Shown here in pieces: positions 47,536-60,689 of a stretch of DNA of 64,000 nt. Numbering within the stretch: the first letter of the stretch is position 1; each line of letters begins with the position of its first letter. Both the position numbers and the translations under genes were made by a program. Source of the stretch: Octopus vulgaris (lineage: Eukaryota); the NCBI GenBank assembly GCA_951406725.2, contig OX597815.1, positions 56,916,001 to 56,980,000 of the forward strand. The letters run 5' to 3'. The notes under the pieces are model-generated. The model was not told the origin of the DNA. It saw only the letters and a program-made list of their open reading frames with translations, and did not search any database.

Positions 47536-50360
47536 ATGCCAGTGTACATGTCTTATTGATATTGGCATAATGACTCTCCCTAGATGCAACAAAATTTGTT
47601 TCAACACACAAATCTACATAAAGAATCTTGCAAACCAGATACAAAAACAAAGTAGGCTTTGATTTTGTGCTGCAATTAAAAATCCTTCAGTTTCTGCTTT
47701 GAGTCCTGACCGTCTCGACCATTGTTGTGATTAATACTTCATCTATCTCTTTTCTGTTTGCTGTACCAGTATTTACCATGTAAGGGCTTTTCTTGCCATC
47801 ATTTTATCATGGTATTTTGTAGTTCTAGTTTTAGCTTGGATTTTAGTTATTTACAGCTTTCGTTGTTTCTTCTTTTTCTTTTTAGTTGTGAGTAGTTCTT
47901 TCTTGTATTTTTCAGCTTCTGTGAAGACTGTAAGCAGTTTCTTGTTTCGTTCATGCTTTGTGGCTATTTATACCAGTTTTCATTGGTCTTCATACTCTTA
48001 ATTGCATTATCTACTAAGGTACTGTCAACTTGGATAGCTGGTCCCTCTGTTGGGTCGACAGACTCTCTTTCTCCCATTCATTTTCTTTATTGAGCAACCT
48101 TTCATAGTGGCGTCTCCAAATCTCTCTCTTTGCAGCCTCATTTAGTGCAAGTGAACCATCATCCTTGCGAACACATTTCTCTCCTACAACATCACAATTC
48201 TCTCTCTATTTTTTGCATTGAGCTCTATTTTAAGTACTAACCTCACCAGTCTATAGTATTCCTTCCTTATCTTCTTTTTCATTTGTGTGTGTTATATTAT
48301 ATCTAGTTCATTGATTCCTAAGTATTTGTATGTCTGGGTTTGGTCTGATTCTCTTATTTCATTTTCTTTATCTAGCCTGATATGGTTATTCTCAATTAGT
48401 TTTCCTCTCCTTGAGGTTGCTTTGGCACATTTTTCTAAGCTAAATATCATATTTATTTCTTTGGTAAACCCAAGTAGTAATGTTTCCAGTTATTTCTCAT
48501 TTGCAAGGTACAGTTTGTGTTCGTCCATAAACAAGAGATGGTTGATTGTTTTACTGGAGCAGTTATATCCACATGCAGTACTGTTTAACATGTTGGTTAA
48601 AGGAGTTGGTGCCAGACATAAAAGGATAGCAAGTCTTGATATATTACTTCTCTTAATGGGGGTTGGCTTTAGTTTTTATAATTCCTTCTTTCGTCTGTAA
48701 CTGCAGAACTGTTTACCATTTATTCATGACATGTTTTATATATTTTATTATTGTTGGTGCTACCTTGTTCATGGCTAGTGTTTTCAGGGGCCATATGTGG
48801 AGAATACTGTCAAAAGCCTTTTGGTAATCAATCCAAGTCATGCTTAAACACTTCTTTTTCTTTTGGCAGTTTTCAGTTATGGCTTTGTTAATCAATAACT
48901 GGTCTCCATAGCACCCACGATATTATTACAGTTAAGAATTTGTAGGTTGTAGGAAGATGTTATGGGTCTGTAGTTTTGTGGATTTGTAGTTTCAGTTGAT
49001 TTAGGAATTAGGATGATTTTCCACTTCTGTGAGTCATTCAGATGTCTCTGGCTCCATTAACATCTCATTGAACTGCTCTGCCAGTACCTTGTGTATCCTA
49101 TTTAAATACTTTAGCCAGAAATTGGGTACCTTTTTGTGCCCTGGTGCTTTCCATTTGTTTAATGTTTGCAGTACCAGTGTTACTTCTCCTATGGATGTCC
49201 AGAGTTGTTCAGATACTGTTTGTTGTTCTAATTGATTTTTTCTGGGGTAATTCTTTCACTGCCCATACTTCTTCCATTTCTTCTGCTGCTGGTGCTCTAT
49301 TTCATTTTTACCAAGTTCTTGATAGAATTGTTTTGGATTGGAGTTAAACTGCTTATTTTGTTCAAAGAATCGTTGGCATTTTTCATACCAACAGATTCTT
49401 TGTACTTTGGTGAGGATATCTTGCTTTAGATGTTCTTTTGTTTTAGGTACATCTTGTTTTGTTATTATATATTTCTGCAGTATTTTTCTTTCTTTTTTAC
49501 ATAGTTCTGTTGTTTGGTTACTAATTTCATTAAGGATCGATAGATTTTTTTTTCCTTTTATTTACTATCTTTTTTCTGGATATCAGTTTTCCATACTATT
49601 TGTTTAAGTTGTAATACTCCTGTTTGGATGGGTTTGAGTGGGTATCATCTTTTCTTTGTGGCCACAGAGGCTGCTGCATGTATTATCTTATTTAGCCTGG
49701 TCATATTGATATTTGCTTCTGTTGTAATTATGTCTATGACAGCCAAATTTATGTTTTTTATTGTTGTTGCTGTCTTAGTAAGTCTAATTTTTGAGAGGTT
49801 CAGTTGGTGGTCTATACTAAGTTCTGTGGTTTATAATTCCCTGGTTATGCTCAGTTTTAAATTATCATAAATATGGTTTCTGAATTCATTGTTTCTAGTT
49901 TTTAGGTTTGCTCCACATTGCTTCCTGTTTATATTTTTGTTTATGTTGTTCTGATTTAGTGTATTTTTGTCATCCTTATGCATTCCTAGGGGTTGAGTTT
50001 GTTGTGTTTCATTACTTATTTCATTTAGGTTGCACATGTTATGCCTATTTTCATGTTTTACACTTTAAGTACTTATGTTATTGCTAAAATATTCTATGGA
50101 CATTTTCATATATTTTTTCTTTTAAATGCCCTATTTCAGTTTCTGATATCTCTCTTGTTTTGAAAACATATCTCCTCCTGTTGGCTAGTTTGTTAGGATT
50201 CATTGGTATATCCAGATCTGGGTTATTTTTCTTCTAGACTTTATATGAGTATATTGTTGTATTCTTATTCTGTGGATAGAATACTGCTGTAAAATAAGCA
50301 TGTAAGATAAAAACATATTCATCTCATGTCCGCTTATGTTTTTTTAATTTTATTTGCCAG
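46556..50360 (-). mobile_element. Decayed R4/Dong-like non-LTR element (RT + CCHC + restriction-like endonuclease)
   Basis: 'INKAITENC...LSMTWIDYQKAFDS' (48713-48895), 'SGLKAETEGFLIAAQNQSL', 'CKICGDGKETINHIVLGCP', 'RANRPDIVI'; (AAT)n 3' tail at ~46556. Confidence 0.85.
48017..48208 (-). mobile_element. RTE fragment embedded in the R4/Dong element
   Basis: Homologous to 55165-55365 and 26005-26205. Confidence 0.8.
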
Positions 50361-51204
50361 GTATGAAGAATAATGTCTGGACTTTTATTTAGATTGTCCT
50401 TGGGGGCTAAAGAGTTGTGCACATGTAATTTTTCACACTTTTTGTGTAATAAGTTTGAAGTACACACCTCCCATTTATTATTCTTGGGTTAAATAATACA
50501 GGTATTATCTAAATTTGTCTTTATTTCTTGTGTATGATGGTGGGGGACAGAGGTGCTCAGTTATTAATATGAACTGTAATCTGGCAACCGTGTTTACATG
50601 TGTTGTGTGAATGTTGGAGATTGTAAATGGGGTGCCAGTGCTAAGCAGTGATGTGTATAAATTCAAGGTTGTTACCAGTTCAAATATATTTGGGGCATAT
50701 TCAAAACCTTAAGAAAAGCCATTCACTGTTTTGTCATGGAACAAACTTCTCACTGTAGAGAAATAGTGTAAATACACTTAAAATCTGCTCACAGTACCAC
50801 CTACCTAGATTGTGAGATGCAAACATTTTGGAGTGGTTATCTTCTCTTCAGTCACAGAAACCAGACAGGATGCACTGCAAACTAATAAAACAGATAGTCT
50901 CTCATGATATTCTAGTCACCATATGATGGCTGATAATAACATTTTATTTATAATATATCATTTGATGTGTAAAACAAATAAATTTTAATGAATATTACTT
51001 ACTTGGTTATGGTTGAACACTTTGGCAGCGGTTTTTTTTTTTCGTTTTTTAGGTTACATTTGTTATTTTCAATCCAGTTGTGTTTTTCTTTTGTTTTTTT
51101 AGGGTGGGTACAGATTTTGGAGCAATGCTTTATTGTTTGTCACATGTTAAACGTCCCTGGTGATCTTGTAGTTAAATATCTCATTGTGTTATTGTTATTA
51201 TTAT

Positions 51205-51439
51205 TAAGGTGCAAGCTGGCAGAATCGTTAGCATGCTGGATGAAATGCTTTGCAGCATTTTGCCTGTTGCTCTAATCTGAGTTCAAATTCCACTGAGATC
51301 AACATTGCCTTTCATCCTTTTGGGGTCGATAAATTAAGTACTAGTTGAGTAGTGGGGTCAGTGTAATCGACTATTTCCCTCCCCCAAATTTCAGGCCTTG
51401 TACCTATAGTAGAAAAGATTATCATTATTATTATTATTA

Positions 51440-51477
<38 letters not shown>

Positions 51478-52680
51478 GAGGAGTTGTTAGCATGCTGAAC
51501 AAAATTGCTTTGCAGCATTTCTTCAAGCTTTATGTTCTGAGTTCAAATTTTGCTGAGATCAACTTTGCCTTTCATCCTTTTGGGGTCAATGAAATAGGTA
51601 CCAGTTGAGCATTGCAGTCAATGTACTTGACTTCCCTATCCCCCTTTAAAAAAAAAATTCCTGGCTTTGTGCCAAAATTCAAAACCATTATTATTATTAT
51701 TAAGGAAGTGAACTGGCAGGATAAGTAGCCCTGCTAGGCAAAATGCTTAGCAGCATTTCATCCATCTTCATGCTCTGAGTTCAATTTCTGCTAAGGTTGA
51801 TGTTACCTTTCATCCTTTCGGGGTCAATAAAATATGTACCAGTTGAGTACTGGAGCCAGTGTAATCAATTTATTCCCTCTCCCTGAACTTGCTAGCCTTG
51901 TACCAAAATTTGAAACCATTATTATTATCATTATTAAGGTGGCAAGCTGGCAGAATCATTAGCATGCCGGGCACAATGCTTAGCAGCATTTTGTCCATCC
52001 ATACATTCTAAGTTCAAATTCCATCAGCGTCGACTATGCGTTTTGGGGTCAATAAATTAAGTATCAGTGAAGCACTAGTGTCGTCAAGCCTTGTGCCTTT
52101 AGTTAAAAAGGATTATTATTATTGGCAGAAACATCAGACAAAATGCCTTGTAGTCCACCTATTGAGATCAACTTTGTCTTTCATCCTTCTAGTACCAATT
52201 AAGTATTGACATTTATTTAAATAACTAATCTCCTCCATCAAAATCTCAGACTTAATGCAAAATTGTTAGAATTTCAGAAAAAATGCTTTGAATTTCTTCC
52301 AGTTTTCCAAGGTCAACTTCACAAACCATCCTTTTGGAGTTGATAAAATAAAGAGCCTCTCAAATGCTGGGTTGTGGTGATGGTATCAACTAATTTTCTT
52401 TCCTCAAAATTGTTGACCTTGTGCCTAAATCAAATACAATTATTATTACAATAAAAAGGCAACAAGCTGACAGAATTGCCAAAACATCAGAAAAATGCTG
52501 TTTGGCATTTGTTCTAGCTCACTATGTTCTGAGTTCAAATCCTGCTAAAGTTAACTTTGCCTTTTATCATTTTGTGGTCGATAGAATAAAGTACCAGTCA
52601 AGTACTGAGGGTCACTGGTATTAACTAACCTCTTCTCTTCAAAATTGTGCAGGTCTTGTATCTAAATCAGCAACCATTAT
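51205..52680 (+). repeat. Head-to-tail array of about 7 SINE family B copies, mostly separated by (ATT)n
   Basis: Units start near 51206, 51478, 51701, 51935, 52123, 52260 and 52455. Most contain GAGTTCAAAT...CCTTTCATCCTTT.GGGGTC.ATAAA.TAAGTACCAG. Confidence 0.85.
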
Positions 52681-52728
52681 CATTGTTGACAATGATAGTG
52701 ATGTTAGCAGGAGCAGCAGAATCAGTAC

Positions 52729-55700
52729 TCATCATCATCATCATCATTGTCGTTTAATGTCCGCTTTCCATGCTAGCATGGGTTGGACGGTTTGACTGTG
52801 GGCTGACGAACCAGATGGCTGCATCAAGCTCCAGTCTTGATCTGGCAGAGTTTCTACAGCTGGATGCCCTTCATAACGCCAACCACTCCGAGAGTGTAGT
52901 GGGTGCTTTTACGTGCCACTGGCACAGGGGCCAGTCAGGCGGTACTGGCAACGACCTCACTCGAATTTTTTACACATGCCAACAGCACAGGTGACATTAA
53001 GGCGAAGCTGGTAATGATCCCGCTCGGATGGTGCCTCCTACATGCCACCAGCACGGAAGCCAGTTAGCTGCTCTGGCAACAATCACACTCAGATGGTGCT
53101 CTTAGCACCCTACTAGCATGGGGCACAAGTGCCAGTAATGCGAGGCTGGCAGCGATCATGCTCGTATGGTGCTTGTGCCCGTCATCAAATTTCACTTTGA
53201 TTTTGATTTCGGTTTCGATTTCACTTGCTTCAACAGGTCTTTGCAAGCAGATATTGTGTTCAAAGAAGGAAAAGGTATGCACAGGTGGGCTGGTTACACC
53301 CCTGGCACAGGCAGACGAGGTTACAGTCTCATTTGGCTTGCTGAATCTTCTCAAGCACAGCATATTTCCAAAGGTCTCGGTCACTAGTCATTTCCTTGCT
53401 GAGGTCTAAAGTTCGAAGGTCGTGCTTCACCACTTCATCCCAGGTTTTCCTGGGTCTACCTCTTCCACAGGTTCCCTCAACCGCTAGGGTGTGGCACTTT
53501 TTCACACAGCGATCCTCATCCATTCTCACTACATGACCATACCAGTGCAGTCGTCTCTCTTGCACACCATATCTAATGCTTCTTAAGTCCAACTTTTCTC
53601 TCAAGGTACTTACACTCTGTCGAGTATTCACACTGACATTACACATCCATCGGATCATACTGGCTTCATTCCTTGCGAGCTTACGCATGTCCTCAGCAGT
53701 CACAGCCCATGTTTCACTGCCATGTAGCATGGCTGTTCGTACACATGCGTCATACAGTCTACCTTTTACTCTGAGTGAGAGGCCCTTTGTCACCAGCAGG
53801 GGTAAGAGCTCTCTGAACTTTGCCCTGGCTATTCTTATTCTAGCAGCTACACTTTCAGTGCACCCTCTCCTGCTACTGACTTGGTCACCTAGGTAACGGA
53901 AGCTATCAACTACTTATAGTTTTTCTCCCTGGAATGTGGCGGAAGTTGTTCTCTGTGCATTGTCAGTGTTTATTGCACCCGAACATCTGCCACATACAAA
54001 AGCCATCTTCCCAATTAGCCTTCTTGTGATATTGCTGCACCTCTTATGTGTCCATAGCTTACACTGGATACATCTTATAGATACTTGGTCACCTAGGTAA
54101 CGGAAGCTATCAACTACTTATAGTTTTTCTCCCTGGAATGTGGCGGAAGTTGTTCTCTGTGCATTGTCAGTGTTTATTGCACCCGAACATCTGCCACATA
54201 CAAAAGTCATCTTCCCAATTAGCCTTCTTGTGATATTGCTGCACCTCTTATGTGTCCATAGCTTACACTGGATACATCTTATAGAGTTTCTACCTACACC
54301 TCTACTACAGATCGGGCAGGGCCATCTACCTGAAGGGATTTGTGGTTTGCCAACCTTCCTGCTTATTAGGACTTTGGTTTTAGCTACGTTGACACTAGGG
54401 CCCTTTGATTCTAATCCTTGTTTCCACACTTGAAACTTCTCCTCTAATTCTGATAGTGACTCAGTAATTAGAGCAAGGTCATCAGCATAGAAGAACTCCC
54501 AGAGGCATCCTGTCTTGAATTCCTCCGTTATTGCCTGGAGGACTATGATAAATAGGAGGGGAATGAGGACTGAACCTTGGTGGACCCCTACCTCTACCCT
54601 GAATTCTTCAGTGTACTCGTTACCAACCCTCACCTTACTGACAGCATCCCTGTACATGGCTTGTACAGCTCTCACTAACCATTCATCTATCCCTAGTTTC
54701 CTCATTGACCACCAGATAAGGGATCGGGGGACCCTGTCAAAGGCTTTCTCCATGTCAATGAAAGCCAGGTACAGGGGCTTATCTTTGGCTAGGTATTTCT
54801 CCTGCAGCTGTCTTACCAGAAATATAGCATCAGTGGTGCTTTTCCCTGGCATGAACCCAAACTGCATCTCATCCAAACTGACTCTGTCCCTATGGGCTAT
54901 GACCCTCTCCATGACCTTCATTGCCTGATCTAACAGCTTGATACCTCTGTAGTTATTTGTATCTAGGATGTCACCTTTACCTTTGTAGCAGTTGACTATT
55001 ATGCTGCTACACCAGTCATTGGGTATGACTCCTTCGTGTATCACCTGGTTAACTATACGGGTGACTAGGCTATAGCCAACACTGCCAGATATTTTGAGCA
55101 TCGCTGCATTAATTCCTGATGGGCCTGGGGCTTTCCCTGTCTTCATAATTCTAATTGCCTTAACTACCAAGGTACTGTCAACTCAGATTGCTGGTCCCTC
55201 TGTTGTTCGACATTCGGCAGACTCTCTTTCTCCCATTCATTTTCTTTATTCAGCAACCTTTCATAATGGTGTCTCCAAACCTCTCTCTTTGCAGCCCCAT
55301 TTAGCACAAGAGAACTATCATCCATGCGGACACATTTCTTTCCTACGACATCTCGATTCTCTCTCACATACTGTCTTGCAGCATGAAATACCTCAAGTCT
55401 TTGATCCTCACGGCGCAGAACATTGGCAAATTTTTTCTTATCGGCTTCCACTCTGGCTAAGTAAATCTGTCTGCTAGCTTCTCTTCTGGCAGTCTGATAC
55501 AATCCCCTGCTACCACCATTCTTCCAGTCCTTCCAAGCCTGTCTCTTTTCTCTAATAGCCCTGTCTACAACATTGTTCCACCACCACGTTATTTTGGGTC
55601 GAGAGGGGACTTTGCTCCATCCACAGATCTGGTCAGTGGCTCTCAGCAGGTTGTCCTGTAGAAACCTCCAGTTGTCTTTTACACTATTTGAATCTATATC

Positions 55701-56885
55701 CTCTTCTATTTCATCAAAGGCTTCAAGTGTTATGTCTCTAAATCTCTGTCCATTCGCAAGATCTTTAAGCTTCCAGACCCTTCTTTTCCATGTTGGTCGT
55801 CTTCTGGGCGTCCACTTAGTCCTGATCCTAAAGTCACTAACTACCAGTCTATGTTGTGGGGTACATTCTTCAGCTGGGAAGGTTTTGGCATTTATAGGCA
55901 GCCATCTTTCCCTTTTCTGGCAAGAATGTAGTCAATTTGGCTTGTATGTCGGCCTGATCGGTAGGTGACTAGGTGACTGGTAGTTTTTCTGAAGTCAGTA
56001 TTGCAAACCATAAGATCATTTGCATTGCAGAACTCCAGCAGCCTGGTTCTCTCTTCGTTGCGGGGAACCATAGCCGTAGCCTCAATGTACGCCATGGAAG
56101 CCCCCTGTATGTTGTCCAACATGTCCATTGAAGTCACCAGCCACAAAAAGAAGGTCCCTGTCGTTCATCAACGAGGTAGTCTGCAGTAGGGTGTCATAGA
56201 ATCGGTCTTTCTGTCCATCAGGTAGCCCCAGCTGAGGGGCATAGGCTGATATAAAGGTTGCTAACCCATGGTGAAACACTAATCTAATCTTAAGTATTCT
56301 GTTGCATACTCTGACTACCTCGATTACCTTAACCCATTTCTCCACAAGAAGTATACTCACGCTCCCAACCCTGTCAGTGTTCCCTGCCCAGAAAATCTTG
56401 TACCTGTGTTCATTGCCTGTGAGGAACCTAGCAGAACCTCCTCTCCACCTTACTTCATGGAGTCAGCACATATCGACACATCTCCGTTCAAGCATCTCAA
56501 CAATCTCACCAGACCTACCTTTCAGTGTGCCAACATTGAGATTGCCAACCCTGAGGGTGTGGGAGGGATGGGCCCGTGAGACCCTGGGATGAGGGACAGC
56601 GGCTTCATGTACCTGAAAAGAAGAAAACTCGCATTTGGCAGAATTCATAGATAAACAATACAGTAGCCTTCATTTCAACCTGTACACACTACCCTTTCAT
56701 ATTTTGCACTATATGATCATTACCTAACATAGGAGATAGCCCTAGACTAGGGGTGGGGATGGCATACAGCCTTTTGTAGAGTTCATGGGAGGCAACCCAG
56801 GGTTGACAAAGGCTAGGAACAATAGGAATAATAGGAACTTCCGGTATAGGTTGAGGGGGTGGGAGGGCGGGCGGACCTCGAACTA
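52729..56885 (-). mobile_element. Near full-length decayed RTE LINE, copy B (same family as copy A)
   Basis: ORFs 56463-56648, 56082-56360, 54118-55170 (RT with YADD and a PHD-like finger) and 53329-53793; same 3' UTR and (GAT)n tail. Confidence 0.95.
53879..54285. repeat. 204-bp tandem duplication within RTE copy B
   Basis: 53879-54081 repeats as 54083-54285, with one visible substitution (AAGCCATC/AAGTCATC). Confidence 0.9.
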
Positions 56886-57764
56886 GGGATGGGTCTGCTT
56901 AGCAAATGTTCATAATAGTAAAATAGACTTGAGAAAAAAAATCCGAGAGTTCACTGTTGGACATTCTAAGACAAAATTTAGGGTTAAATAAGTAACTGTG
57001 TGATAACTTTAATAGCTGAATGAGTCAATGAACATGTAAGGAGCCTATTTGAAAACTATATTTACATGATGGTATGTTACTAGACAGAATAATGAACAGA
57101 GCTAATAGCAGAGGGGTATATGATCTGTGCTGAGCCACACAAAATGCTCTGAAGCATTTAGTTATATCCTTAACATTCTATATGCAAATTCTGCCAAGGT
57201 CAGTTTTGTTTTTCATCTATCTAGGCTTGATCAAATAGTTACTAGATTGGGATTAATTTAACTGACCCATACATACTTATTTTCATTTCTTCTGCTGTTA
57301 TCTAATACTATTTAATTAAGGAAGAGTTGATGCTTACTTCCACTTCTTATCTTCTGCTCCTCTTGTAATATTTTATACTGTTTAGCATACATGCCATGCT
57401 ATCTATCTGAAAGTGTGGGTATCAGTGGTTTAATGTGTTATCAGTTTTTAAGGGTGGCAGTGTTTGTATTTTTAGGGGTGAGAGTTGTATGGTCTTCTAA
57501 TAAAACTAGTGTTATTTATGGTTTTTGTTCTAGCTCATTGAAAGGCCTCTGTGTTTGTGTGTGTACGTAAAATGTTTCAAGTAAACTTTTAGCTTATGTC
57601 AATTCCAGGGGTTTTCTAGTTGTTAGCTTTTTTTTTTATAAAAATACTAAAATCATTTCTGTAGGTAAATTACATCAGTCTGTTCTTTTTACTTTCTATT
57701 TTAGTTGTCATTATAATTCATGTTACCTTTTATTGTCATGATTGACAGCTTTCTTTTCAATGTT

Positions 57765-58860
57765 TCATCATCATCATCATTGTTTAACATCCGTTTTCCA
57801 TGCTGGCATGGATTGGATGGTTTGATAGAATTTGGCCAGCTGGAGAGCTGTCCAGACTTTGTCTGCTTTTCTATGGTTTCTATGGTTGGATGCCCTTCCT
57901 AATGCCAACCACTTTATAGAGTGTGTTGGGTGCTTTTAATATGCCACCAACATGGTTGTATTTAAGTAGCACTGGCATGAGTGCATCAGCTGAGAGAGGG
58001 AGTGGGGGCATAGCCATAAAGGACATACTTGTATGTATGGATGGCCACAATTTTACTTAGCTTGACATGTCTTCTCAAGTGCAGCAAATTACAAGTCCTG
58101 GTTGCTTGTCATGGCCTCTATGAGGCCCAGCATCTGAAGATTCTTTCATACCACATTGTCCCACATCTTCCTGGGTCTACCTCTTCCACAGGTTTTTTTT
58201 CCACAATTAGAGATTGGCACTTCTTTATGCAGCTTTCCTCATCCAAATGCATCACATGACCATACCAGTAGTCTTCTCTCTTGCACACAGCATTTGATGC
58301 CTCTTATATCCAGTTTTCCTCTTAAATCATTTACACCCTGTCATGTATGCACACTGACATTACCCATCCAGTGTAGCATTCTAACTTCATTTCTTCCAAG
58401 TCTTTGCAAGTGCTTTGTAGTCATAACCCATATTTCACTGCCAGACAGGCATCATACAATCTGCCTTTCACCCTGAGGGAGAGGCCCTTTGTTACCAACA
58501 AAGGTAGAAGCTCTTTGAACTTTGCCCAGCCCATTCTTATTCTAGCAACTATGCTTTTAGAACTTTCCCCTCCACTGCTAACTCAGTCACTTAGGTAACA
58601 AAAAAACTATCTACTACTTTTAAGGATCCCCCTGAGCATTTGAGGAAGTCTATTGTCTGAGCATTTTCAGTGCTTATTGTACTTGCACATTTGCCACTCA
58701 CAAAGACTGTTTTCTCTGTTAACCTATCTGTGGTACCACAAGACCTCATGTGTCCATAGCTTGCACTGGGTACAATGCATGGAGTTTCTACCAACACCCT
58801 TCTTACCTATCAAGCAGAGCCATCTCTTTGCAGGGACTTTGATTACTGCGTTCCTATTTT
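57765..58860 (-). mobile_element. Older 5'-truncated RTE copy of the same family
   Basis: Finger remnant 'NSMHCTQCKLWTH', 'LKVVDSF', C-terminal region and the same tail. Confidence 0.8.
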
Positions 58861-60689
58861 TCTTAGTAATATTTTTGTTTCTGCAACTGACATTTTAATC
58901 TTCTACAGTATCTTAAATATTTCATGTATTAAAAAAAAAAAACATTCATGGTTGCCAAATTCCTTAATGTTTTTGTTGAAATTTCTTGAATTAACTTCAT
59001 TTAATTTTGTGAACACTTCCCTTGCCTGGCTATATTTCCTTTGTGGTTTTTTTTGTTTTTTGTTTTTTTATTCCATTGTATCCATAGTCTTGGTAAACAT
59101 TCTAGCTTTCTTAATTTTCCTATTTTGCTGTTATTGATTTTGAGGTTAGGGTGTTCTTTCGTTCTCTTGAGTGTGTGTTTGTATCTCTTTGTTGTTACAC
59201 TAACTGAATGAAGTAATTGTTTTATTCTTTTAGTGCTAGTTTTGCTTTCACTTTTATAAAACCTCTGTTGTATGTTGTCCAATGATACTAGTTAATCATT
59301 CATCGATGTCGAGATGAAGTGCAAAGCTGAAAGAAAATGGCACCATTGGCTTACCACGTGTTGAAGTAACACCATTGGCTCATATAATGAAGCAAAGAAT
59401 TTCAGACGCTTATTTCATTTCAGAAATAATTTTATTTTATGTCGGGATGTTTACACACAAAATGCTGGTGTTGTTAAAATGCAGAAAACATCTTTGAACA
59501 GAGTAACTTAATGTAGTGAATGTGCACACATGCAAAATACAGTGCAACTGTTATGGATCAAACATGGTGTATCATGAAATATGATAGATGCTTCCTCATT
59601 TGTTCATTCCTTCTCTTAATAGTGTCAGTGTTGTTATGGTCATAATTGTAAGACTTTTTCCTATAACTGTTATTTCAAATAAATATTTATTTTATTTTTT
59701 GGTCTACATGCTACAATTTTACTGTTTTATGTATGGGCTCAGTTTTTAGGTGTGATTTGTTAATTGTGTATCTCTTGGATTAAAGTTTTTAACTCTGTTA
59801 TTCTATTATTATTAGAATGTATATAATTAGATATCATGTTAGAGCTCCATAGACGAGAGACAAGCACAGTTTGACCATGCAAGAAACCCACTTTTTGCTT
59901 GGTCCGTTTCATGTCAAAATACATTGAAAGTTCTGGATATGAACTTTCTTCTCATATACTTTTGATCAAAATCCAACACCTACAACTCATGCCCAGTTCC
60001 TTCAATTACCCTGGTATTCACAAGATTTGTCCCATTTTTGTTTCTTGTTGTTGAACAGCAGCCTTCATTCTAGTTCAATGTACTGGGGCACTATAACTTG
60101 GTCTGTATAGAAAATGATAGTCATGAAGAGGACTGTTTTTGCTTTACTTTGATATAAAAATCAATCAGGGTAGGTCAGATAATCATTATGATATATAAAA
60201 GTGAAAATTTTATCAATTCTCTCTTAGATTTTTATATCATAAGAAAGAAAAATTAGTCATGAATTCAATATGGCCATTGCCAAATCTGATGACAAGATGG
60301 TGAAAAAACACAAAACCAATAACAAGAGTACTGCCACAGTTGGTCATATAGGTTTAATGCATACTGATGCTACTTGTATTCCCACATGGTGTGAGCTGAA
60401 ACAGAACATGAATCCAAGGCTTCAAGTAGTGGGTTTGAGCCAGAATCTCAAGAAATGGGCAATCAAATTACTAAATAAACATATATTTCTATGAAACATT
60501 TTATATAATGTGACTATTTTTGTTGCTAATTATGTTATGTCTTAAGGTGGTGAGCTAGCAAGTTACCTCTCCCCCAAACTTGTTGGTCTTTGTGTTAGAA
60601 TTTGAAATCAATTATGCTATATCCTATTTTGGATTTATTGTGGATAAAAATGGTTTGCTACAATCTCAAACTTCAACCAAAAATGATGC

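Noticed and set aside
59830-60110. Minus-strand host exon after TTTTCTATACAG
   Set aside because: All frames stop within about 12 codons and there is no independent support.
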